From: an uncultured Clostridia bacterium
GTDB lineage: Bacteria; Bacillota; Clostridia; Oscillospirales; Acutalibacteraceae
DNA length: 64,000 bases
Assembly (NCBI GenBank): GCA_947581635.1
Contig: CANPVE010000009.1
Coordinates: 15,158-79,157, forward strand
Reading direction: 5' to 3'
The notes under the pieces are model-generated. The model did not search any database and had not been told where the DNA came from. It worked only from the letters and a program-made list of their open reading frames with translations. Shown one piece after another: positions 8,592 through 15,854 of the stretch (its first letter is position 1; each line of letters begins with the position of its first letter). A program made the position numbers and the translations under genes.

Positions 8592-8933
8592 ATGAATATT
8601 CAGATATTCGGCAAGGCAAAATGCTTTGATACAAAAAAAGCGGAGCGCTATTTCAAGGAGCGCGGAATAAAGTATCAGTTTATTGATATATCCAAGTACG
8701 GCATGAGCAAAGGCGAATACAACAGCGTCAAAAACGCCGTGGGCGGCATGAGAAACCTTATCGACGAAAAATCCAAGGCATACGAGGAAAATTACTGTGC
8801 CTACCTCGCGGACGAGGACGCCGTTGAGCAAAAGCTTTTGGAGAATCCTGTCATGTTTCGCACACCGATAGTGCGCAGCGGCAAAAAGGCAACGGTTGGT
8901 TATTGTCCTGACGTGTGGAAAACATGGGAATGA
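8592..8933 (+). CDS. ArsC/Spx/YffB-family thioredoxin-fold protein
   Basis: 113 aa. The opening MNIQIFGKAKCFDTKKAERYFKERGIKYQFIDI and the later RTPIVRSGKKATVGY are typical of the ArsC family. Confidence 0.8.
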   Translation: MNIQIFGKAKCFDTKKAERYFKERGIKYQFIDISKYGMSKGEYNSVKNAVGGMRNLIDEKSKAYEENYCAYLADEDAVEQKLLENPVMFRTPIVRSGKKATVGYCPDVWKTWE

Positions 8934-8953
8934 TTTTTAATAAAAACTGAAGT

Positions 8954-9009
8954 CAAGCGAGCGAAGCCGCAGTCTGAGCGGGCAAAATGCACCGAGATTA
9001 AAGGAGAAC
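8954..9009 (+). repeat. fragment of the 90-bp repeat unit
   Basis: CAAGCGAGCGAAGCCGCAGTCTGAGCGGGCAAAATGCACCGAGATTAAAGGAGAAC. It includes a 26-nt exact match to unit 3 of the array (GCGAAGCCGCAGTCTGAGCGGGCAAA). Confidence 0.75.
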
Positions 9010-9140
9010 TTGAGCGAACTCAAAGCAAATCCCCTTTTGAGCCACAAGAAACACGCACCGACAAGAAATGAACCAAACTTTCTTACATTCTCCGATACTG
9101 TTATTGAAAATTGATTTCTACGGGATTTAAGAGAAATTTG

Positions 9141-9169
9141 TTGAAAATGAAAAAAATACATGATATAAT
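9141..9169 (+). promoter_or_regulatory. sigma-70-type promoter for the aldolase-family gene
   Basis: TTGAAA (9141-9146), a 17-nt spacer, then an extended -10 TGATATAAT (9161-9169). Confidence 0.6.
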
Positions 9170-9229
9170 AACTTGATCGCTTACAAAATATGTAATGCTG
9201 TATATTATTTTTGAGAGGATTTGAAACAA

Positions 9230-10204
9230 ATGAACAGAAAAGGCAATATCGTATCCTACAGACCTGATGTCAAAGTGCTTGACGCAACAATTCGCGACGG
9301 CGGTTTGGTCAACAACTTCTATTTCGACGACGAATTTGTGCGCGCTCTCTACCTCGCGAACGTCAAAGCGGGCGTTGACTACATGGAATTTGGCTACAAG
9401 GCGTCCAAAGACATCTTTTCACCGGACAAATTCGGCAAATGGAAATTCTGCGACGATGAGGATATTCGCGCCATAGTTGGAGAGAACAACACCGACCTCA
9501 AAATCTCGGTGATGGCCGATGTGGGCAGGACGGATTTCCGCCGCGACATTCGCCCCCGCTCCGAGAGCGTGATTGACATGGTGCGTGTAGCCACCTACAT
9601 AAACACGATCCCCGCCGCGATAGAAATAGTTGAACACTGCCATGAGTTGGGCTATGAAACCACCGTAAACATTATGGCGATATCCAACGCCAGTGACGTT
9701 GATATTGACGGCGCACTGGAACTTCTCTGCCAGAGCAATGTTGACGGAATTTATCTCGTGGACAGCTACGGAGCTCTTTATCCCGAGCAAATCGGCCGTC
9801 TTGCGGAGAAGTACCTCTCTTACGGGGAAAAATCGGGTAAATACATCGGTATGCACGCCCACAACAACCAGCAGCTTGCCTTTGCCAACACCATAGAGGC
9901 AATGTCGCTCGGGGTCAGCTACCTTGACGCCACTGTGTGCAGCATGGGCAGAGGCGCGGGCAACTGCGCAATGGAACTGCTTCTGGGCTTTTTCAAAAAT
10001 CCGAAATTCAACATCACCCCCATTCTGTCATTCATCGAGAACCATATGCTCCCGCTCAAGGAAAGTGGAGTTGTGTGGGGTTACGACATACCTTATCTTC
10101 TCACAGGCCGTTTGAACAGACACCCCTCGTCAGCAATAGAATTTATCAAAGAGCAAAAGACTGATTACTGCAACTTCTATCAGGAACTTCTCGACAGAGA
10201 CTAG
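9230..10204 (+). CDS. HMGL-like (DRE-TIM) aldolase / pyruvate-carboxyltransferase-family protein
   Basis: VKVLDATIRDGG...MEFGY...GMHAHNNQQLAFANT is the HMGL-like TIM-barrel signature. I prefer the ATG at 9230, which has an SD GAGAGGA 10 nt upstream, over the TTG at 9221. Confidence 0.75.
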   Translation: MNRKGNIVSYRPDVKVLDATIRDGGLVNNFYFDDEFVRALYLANVKAGVDYMEFGYKASKDIFSPDKFGKWKFCDDEDIRAIVGENNTDLKISVMADVGRTDFRRDIRPRSESVIDMVRVATYINTIPAAIEIVEHCHELGYETTVNIMAISNASDVDIDGALELLCQSNVDGIYLVDSYGALYPEQIGRLAEKYLSYGEKSGKYIGMHAHNNQQLAFANTIEAMSLGVSYLDATVCSMGRGAGNCAMELLLGFFKNPKFNITPILSFIENHMLPLKESGVVWGYDIPYLLTGRLNRHPSSAIEFIKEQKTDYCNFYQELLDRD

Positions 10205-10280
10205 GTTCAATTGGCGGTTGAGATTCGCTGAATTTTTCACTGCAATATCAAAGTACCGTGTCATATCAGGTCAAAAAGTG

Positions 10281-10327
10281 ACTGACGCACCTCAAATTTT
10301 ATTTCTGAGGTGCGTCAGTTATTTTTT
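10281..10327. terminator. bidirectional rho-independent terminator
   Basis: Perfect 14-bp stem: ACTGACGCACCTCA (10281-10294) with TGAGGTGCGTCAGT (10306-10319). TATTTTTT follows on the + strand and CACTTTTTGA on the - strand. It sits between convergent genes. Confidence 0.85.
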
Positions 10328-10350
10328 GCATTAAAGAAGTTTCAAATTAA

Positions 10351-11694
10351 TTAAAATTCGCTCGCCATTGTTATTATTTCGCTCCATTCCACAGGGCCTA
10401 TGGCGCCGTTCTGCTCTATTCCAAGCTGTGATTGCAGAGCATATACTGCATCTCGGGTTGCCTCATCAAAGGTTCCCGTCACTTGGACCGCAGGAATCTG
10501 AGGATTAATCTGCGACAGTCTGCTGAGATATTCCTGTATTATTCTCACGCTGTCGCCCGAATCGCCAAACACGAGAAATCTGCCGGGATAAGGCTCACCG
10601 ATCGCGCTTTGATAATCCGGGGGAAGTTGGCTCACTGCTTCTTTGTAAGCGTCCTCTATCTCCCTGAAAGTTTGCTCATCCACAATGCCGTTTACTGTTA
10701 AACCGTAGAGCGTTTGAAACGTATATACAGCGTCGCGCGTCAATTCACCAAAGTATCCCGTAATAGGGATTGGGGGCAGTTCGGGATAGAAATATCCGAG
10801 GAAGGCAAGGTAGTACTGTATAGCCTCCACATCAACTCCTCTGCTTCCTACTTCGAGGGGACGAGTGTATCGACGCTCTACCTCGGATATCGTAAGACCT
10901 TCGCTCGTGATTTCCGAAAGCCTCTTGACAGAAGCGTACACCTGCTTTATCTTATACCAGGTTGCCTTGCCCACAACGCCGTCGGGGTCAAGGTTAAATA
11001 TCCGCTGAAATTCCTTCACAGCCTCCTCAGTCTCCAGATCATAAACTCCGGTAAGTGACTGTATGCGGGGTATGGCGGGATAATTTCTCGCTATTCTGTT
11101 TAACTCGCGCTTTATAACCAACACGTCGTCGCCAAACGATCCGCGTCTGAGTGGAGTTCCGGGATACGACTGTGTATTTCCGCCCACGGGAGCATCGTAC
11201 ACAATTTCTATATTGTCTCCGAAATAATATCTGAGAATGTCCATGGCGGTGTAGCCCTGATTTGCAAGATCAACGCTGCCCCATTGGGAAAGTCCGCTGC
11301 ACTGTGTGTAAACACCGTCACAGAATTGCGCGTAAAGCGGCACTATACTGCCCGAGCGCACGATGTAGTTGTTGAATATTTCATCTACGATTGCGCTGAT
11401 ATTTTCAAATATCTGTCCGTTGGGGACAAAAGCCTGATCATATTGCGTATCGCTTGTTATGTCAAAATCATAACCCCTGCTGGGATAATATTCCGTATAT
11501 ATTCTGTTGAGCGCAAATGTTATCTGCGCTAAGATATTGGCACGCAGAGCCTCCTCGGGCCAGTTGGGGTATATCTCATTGGACGCCACGTTCTTAATGT
11601 ATTCGGTAAAGCTGACGGTGACATTTTCAGCATATTCATCGGGTCTGCCCAGATGAACTCTTACGGTCTGAGGTATTACAGGAACAGGAGGCAT
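10351..11694 (-). CDS. sleC: spore cortex-lytic enzyme SleC, catalytic region plus three PG_binding_1 repeats
   Basis: FTEYIKNVASNEIYPNWPEEALRANILAQITFALNRIYTEYY, LYAQFCDG and QWGSVDLANQGY..ILRYYFG align by eye with C. difficile and C. perfringens SleC. Three peptidoglycan-binding repeats follow (G..G..V..IQ..L...P.....TG.F...T..AV..FQ). Confidence 0.85.
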   Translation of the reverse strand: MPPVPVIPQTVRVHLGRPDEYAENVTVSFTEYIKNVASNEIYPNWPEEALRANILAQITFALNRIYTEYYPSRGYDFDITSDTQYDQAFVPNGQIFENISAIVDEIFNNYIVRSGSIVPLYAQFCDGVYTQCSGLSQWGSVDLANQGYTAMDILRYYFGDNIEIVYDAPVGGNTQSYPGTPLRRGSFGDDVLVIKRELNRIARNYPAIPRIQSLTGVYDLETEEAVKEFQRIFNLDPDGVVGKATWYKIKQVYASVKRLSEITSEGLTISEVERRYTRPLEVGSRGVDVEAIQYYLAFLGYFYPELPPIPITGYFGELTRDAVYTFQTLYGLTVNGIVDEQTFREIEDAYKEAVSQLPPDYQSAIGEPYPGRFLVFGDSGDSVRIIQEYLSRLSQINPQIPAVQVTGTFDEATRDAVYALQSQLGIEQNGAIGPVEWSEIITMASEF

Positions 11695-12201
11695 CTATTT
11701 TCCCTCCGTTCTCTCATTATTGTTGTTATGGTTATTATTATGCCCGCACGGGGTCATTGTAATGGGGAGTATAGTCTCGATCCTATCGTAAATGGTGACA
11801 CCCTCATCTATTATCTCGTCGAACATCGGGTGAGAGAGCGAGACGAGATAATTTGCTTCATTCACATCGGATCTTTTTGGCTCGAGTGCCAAATCCACAG
11901 CCCGCGCGGGGAGCACCATGTTATCCACAATGCCCGATGAATCGGTGGTATCGTCATACAATGAATACCTGACGCCGTCATAAACAAACGAAACGTTGAT
12001 CTTAACGTCCTCTACCGGAATTGCCTCATTCGCCTCACTTATCTGTATTTTGAGTGTGCCGCGTCCCGGATAATCTGTAATATACTGATCATATTCGGGC
12101 TTAAACGGGGACTGCCCCCTGTGGATTTGCGAATTCAGCCTGCCCTGATCCGTCTCGCAGGTCGGGCTATTCCCAGGTGAATTAACATTTTGTTCGTACA
12201 T
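11695..12201 (-). CDS. SleC N-terminal pre-region encoded as a separate ORF
   Basis: 168 aa. GTLKIQISEANEAIPVEDVKINVSF...LVSLSHPMFDEIIDEGVTIYDRIE resembles the SleC N-terminal Ig-like region. It ends in TAG, immediately followed in the same frame by the ATG of the catalytic ORF. A poly-Asn tract (HNNNHNNNNE) lies near the C-terminus. Confidence 0.7.
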   Translation of the reverse strand: MYEQNVNSPGNSPTCETDQGRLNSQIHRGQSPFKPEYDQYITDYPGRGTLKIQISEANEAIPVEDVKINVSFVYDGVRYSLYDDTTDSSGIVDNMVLPARAVDLALEPKRSDVNEANYLVSLSHPMFDEIIDEGVTIYDRIETILPITMTPCGHNNNHNNNNERTEGK

Positions 12202-12257
12202 AGTAAATCAGGCTCCTTTCGATATGTGAAACACTTGCATTACCATACTATGCACGA

Positions 12258-12306
12258 CAAACAAAAACGGAGACAATTCCGCACACAAATGTGCAAAATT
12301 ATCTCC
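12258..12306 (-). terminator. rho-independent terminator of the sortase operon
   Basis: On the minus strand, GGAGATAATTTTGCACA-TTTG-TGTGCGGAATTGTCTCC forms a 17-bp stem including G-U pairs. It is followed by GTTTTTGTTTG. Confidence 0.8.
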
Positions 12307-12390
12307 GATATAACGCTCCGCCAATCGGTTCCGCGTTTTTGCTTCAATATGTTTAATAATTGCCCGCCTGTATAAAATTACAAAACAGGT

Positions 12391-13473
12391 TTAATGGCGA
12401 CGCTGCAAAGAACCAATCTTTCGCATCAGCTTCTTTCGGAGCTTGCCGCCCAGCATATTATTCTTTGACAAATAAACAAAAACGACGCACCCAATTGTCA
12501 ATATGAGCCAAATCAAGGATGCCTGCATAAAACTGAAAAGTATATGCCTGATGTAGCTTGTAACAAAACGATAAAAATACTCCGGCGAAATCTGCACACG
12601 CTCATATACCTTGGAAAGGTAGAAATAGAACGGGAGCACAAATGACATAAGAGTACATCCGCCAGCTGAATATGCAATAAACCGAGCGCCCTGATGCGGA
12701 TAACGGTAAAGCCTTATCAGAACCACACACAAAATCAGTGAAAACGCAAAGAGCAATATCAGCGCAACTGTAATGAAGCCCTTGACTTTTTCACGAGCCA
12801 TCTCTATAAGATTAATGCCGGGTATAGTCACCTTGTCAAGGTAGATATTGTCAATTTCTTCAACATAGGCTGAGATTACGCTTTCCTGGTCGCCTTCAAC
12901 CGGCACATTATTTTCGGCAATAAAATTCGATACATTTGCATATAACTCGCTGTTTTGGCTCTGCATATCCGGCTTGTAATTATATCCTCTAAATGCCGCC
13001 GTGATATAGCCGTTTACATCACGCCTCACATCAGAGACTGTGAATACGCCGTCCAAAACCGATATATCGAATTCCGCCGGTATGGTGTAGTCCTCAGCCG
13101 CAGTAACTACCTCGGAAAGAACCGATTCGTAATAGTCGTCCTCAATGACGTTGAAAAAGAAGCCTTCGGAAAACAGGCACGCCAACACGACAATGCAAAC
13201 AGTACCCAGCAGTACAAACAACGACAGTACGAATGAAAAAATATAGCTTATAATCGTGCGTGATCTTTCACGTGAGTCATTGTCCGAACTTTTACTGCGG
13301 TGGTCGTTTTTATGTCTCAAATGGCTGCTTTCAGAAGTGCCGCCCTTAACATTCTGCGAGCTCCTCACGGTGGAGTCGCCCCTCGCGGCTGATCTATCTT
13401 TGGAGGTCGAGTTGTTCCCAGCGGGAGAACCGCTTATGTTTTGATTACTTTCTGGCACTACTGTTCCCTCCAT
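12391..13473 (-). CDS. polytopic membrane protein of unknown function (third gene of the sortase operon)
   Basis: The N-terminal ~80 aa are Ser/Arg-rich. One TM follows, then a ~140-aa extracytoplasmic segment, then 4-5 C-terminal TM helices. The start overlaps the sortase stop by 16 nt. Confidence 0.65.
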   Translation of the reverse strand: MEGTVVPESNQNISGSPAGNNSTSKDRSAARGDSTVRSSQNVKGGTSESSHLRHKNDHRSKSSDNDSRERSRTIISYIFSFVLSLFVLLGTVCIVVLACLFSEGFFFNVIEDDYYESVLSEVVTAAEDYTIPAEFDISVLDGVFTVSDVRRDVNGYITAAFRGYNYKPDMQSQNSELYANVSNFIAENNVPVEGDQESVISAYVEEIDNIYLDKVTIPGINLIEMAREKVKGFITVALILLFAFSLILCVVLIRLYRYPHQGARFIAYSAGGCTLMSFVLPFYFYLSKVYERVQISPEYFYRFVTSYIRHILFSFMQASLIWLILTIGCVVFVYLSKNNMLGGKLRKKLMRKIGSLQRRH

Positions 13474-14159
13474 ATGACGTCGACGCCCTCTATGCGCTCG
13501 CCGAGTACTACAAGTCTCTTTGTCTTTCTTCCCGAAATCGCGTGGAATGGATAGCAGGTATAAAGCATCAATGTCTCTTTTTCTTCAAGAAGCATATTCT
13601 CTATTTTTTTTCCAAGATCGTCCTCGTGCATAACCTTAACGCTTGTCACGTTATATTTATACGTGTCGTAATTGGTGTCCAATGTAATGACGTCGCCTTC
13701 TTCAATATCCTTCAACGGCTTGAAGAATGACGTATTATGCGCGCTCAACACTATAATTCTGCCAAATCCGGGAAGAAAGCTGAATTTGCTGTGACCTGCG
13801 CCGTTGCGCAGTATCGCGCTGGAGTCACCCCAATACACAGGAGAATCCAAGCCTATTCGCTCGCACGTAACATTTGCGTAACGCTCTCCGTCAGAGGGTA
13901 AATCTATATCATCAATCGAAATAGCGTCGTCTTCAGAGTCTTCAGGAGCGTCAGACGGCTTTTCCGCCTCGGGATTATAAGTGGAAGATAATTCCGGGTT
14001 AAAATTCGGCGCATCATCGGCTATCACCAAAGACGCAATCGACACTCCCAGATTCCACACGGGCGCCAATGCCACTCTCAGCACACCGTATCCCAAAACA
14101 GCAAAAATTGCCGGCACAATGAAATATGCCGGCAATTTCTTTAACTTTAAATTTCTCAC
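13458..14159 (-). CDS. sortase (class D/B-like)
   Basis: It has an N-terminal TM anchor. Catalytic residues appear in context: His (VLSAHNTSFF), Cys (LMLYTCYPF) and Arg (KRLVVLGERI). Confidence 0.85.
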   Translation of the reverse strand: MRNLKLKKLPAYFIVPAIFAVLGYGVLRVALAPVWNLGVSIASLVIADDAPNFNPELSSTYNPEAEKPSDAPEDSEDDAISIDDIDLPSDGERYANVTCERIGLDSPVYWGDSSAILRNGAGHSKFSFLPGFGRIIVLSAHNTSFFKPLKDIEEGDVITLDTNYDTYKYNVTSVKVMHEDDLGKKIENMLLEEKETLMLYTCYPFHAISGRKTKRLVVLGERIEGVDVIWREQ

Positions 14160-14180
14160 AGAAATCTACGCGCCGCGCAA

Positions 14181-14744
14181 TTACTCAGCCAGAAGATTCT
14201 TCTTGCCGATGACAACTGCACTGCCGGAGAGTACTGCAACGAGAGCGATGACGGAAACGACTGTGGCTGTCATGTCAACGCCTGTCTGGTTGGGCTTAAT
14301 GGAGCTGCCGCCGCCAACTGTGCTGCCGCCGGGAGTTGTCACTGTGAAGCCGTTTGCGCCCACAGAAACAGTGTAGCCCAAGCTGGAAGCAACATTCTTG
14401 ACTTCGGACAGAAGCGAATTGTAGCTGGAAGAAGCCTTAAGCTCAGAAAGGCTTGTGATGCCTTCATCCTTCATGGTGCTGTAGACCTTGTCGATTGTAG
14501 CGGAAACCTTAGAGATCTCATCTGCGGTGAGGTCGTCGTTCTTGAGGTAGTTCTCAGCCTGTGCAATGTACTTCTGGGGAGGTGTAATGGTCTTGCCATC
14601 AACAACGACACCAGCCTTAAACTTGTTGAGAAGCTCCTGCTCCTGTGCAGAAATTCCACCAGCTGCAAAAGCGGGAAGTGCGAAAGCAACTGCCATGGAC
14701 ATAGCTGCGATGATCGCCAATAATTTCTTTTTCATTGGTTTCAT
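14181..14744 (-). CDS. secreted sortase-substrate protein with a non-canonical sorting signal
   Basis: Signal peptide MKPMKKKLLAIIAAMSMAVAFALPAFAAG. The C-terminus reads IKPNQTG, then a 22-aa hydrophobic stretch, then a basic tail (GKKNLLAE). PNQTG is encoded at 14280-14294. Confidence 0.8.
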   Translation of the reverse strand: MKPMKKKLLAIIAAMSMAVAFALPAFAAGGISAQEQELLNKFKAGVVVDGKTITPPQKYIAQAENYLKNDDLTADEISKVSATIDKVYSTMKDEGITSLSELKASSSYNSLLSEVKNVASSLGYTVSVGANGFTVTTPGGSTVGGGSSIKPNQTGVDMTATVVSVIALVAVLSGSAVVIGKKNLLAE

Positions 14745-14793
14745 TCTCCTTTTCTTTTAACCGGCATTGACCGGTAATTGATTTACGAGTGAT

Positions 14794-14822
14794 ATTATAG
14801 CGTATTCCATCACCGTTGTCAA
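14794..14822 (-). promoter_or_regulatory. consensus sigma-70 promoter of the substrate-sortase operon
   Basis: The minus strand reads TTGACA (14822-14817), a 17-nt spacer, then TATAAT (14799-14794). Confidence 0.7.
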
Positions 14823-14985
14823 TATGTAATTTAAAAAAAGTTGAGGACACGCGTAAGAATTTTTTGGAATATCAGCCAAAAAAGTAACCATAAAATTCAA
14901 CAAAAAGTCATTGCACGCCGACATATAACTTTTAGTTTTAGTCCTTTTTGCAATCACATATATCCCTGTGGCATATAAAAAAACA

Positions 14986-15462
14986 TCAGTCGATTCCGAT
15001 TGAACCGTTTATCCAATAGCTGTTCATACTGAATCCGGGATCCTCAGTGACCTCACGTCCAAGATAGCAGGGAGGCGCAAATGAATTTGCCGCCTCAACC
15101 GAATCGAATTCCACCTCGGCATACATAAAACCATGGTCGGTGTTCCCATCTACAATGCTGCATTCAAGTTTCAGCCCGCCGCCCATATCGTAAACGTGGT
15201 AGTCCTTGAAGATAGGCTCACGCTTTAAAAGACCTGCCATTTCCTCATACTGCCCGGCTGTGATATCGATATTGACCTCTGTGCGCACCAAGGTACCCTT
15301 ACCCTTCACGGTAAGCTCGAAACGCCGCCTACCGTCCGCAAGCTCCGCCTTGCGTATTCTCACCACAGGCGCGGTGGAAAGATATCCCTGCCACACCCGT
15401 GCGCTGGAAATCTCGGGCAAATCCGGGAATTTGTCAATCAGGAACTTACGCTCTATTTCCAT
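14986..15462 (-). CDS. CYTH-domain protein (triphosphatase / CyaB-like)
   Basis: Starts MEIERKFLI, the ExExK signature of CYTH. Its 158 aa is a typical size. Confidence 0.85.
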   Translation of the reverse strand: MEIERKFLIDKFPDLPEISSARVWQGYLSTAPVVRIRKAELADGRRRFELTVKGKGTLVRTEVNIDITAGQYEEMAGLLKREPIFKDYHVYDMGGGLKLECSIVDGNTDHGFMYAEVEFDSVEAANSFAPPCYLGREVTEDPGFSMNSYWINGSIGID

Positions 15463-15854
15463 AATGAATGTTACCTTCCTTAACTATAGGTGAATTTGAT
15501 TCGGCTGGCGCGGGCTTGTATCAACGCCCCCGCGCGTCTCGATATGATTATATCACCGTTATACCGAATTTTCAACACAATAAAATTAATTTTTGACCGA
15601 TCCGCTTGCCGGAGCGACAGCACAGGCCGATATCTTACACCAAAAAATGCGGATGTTATGGATAGTGTACGATGAACGGTACGGCAAATTAATCATTTTC
15701 ACAAATTTGTCTCTTTACTTTGTCGCAAATATGTGCTATCATTTCTTTTGAATCAAATGAGAATGGGAGAATTTCAGACATAATATTTATTCTCCCTCCG
15801 ATGTGTGTTTTTACCTGTGTATACAACTTAGAAAAACAGAACGGAGAATGAACC

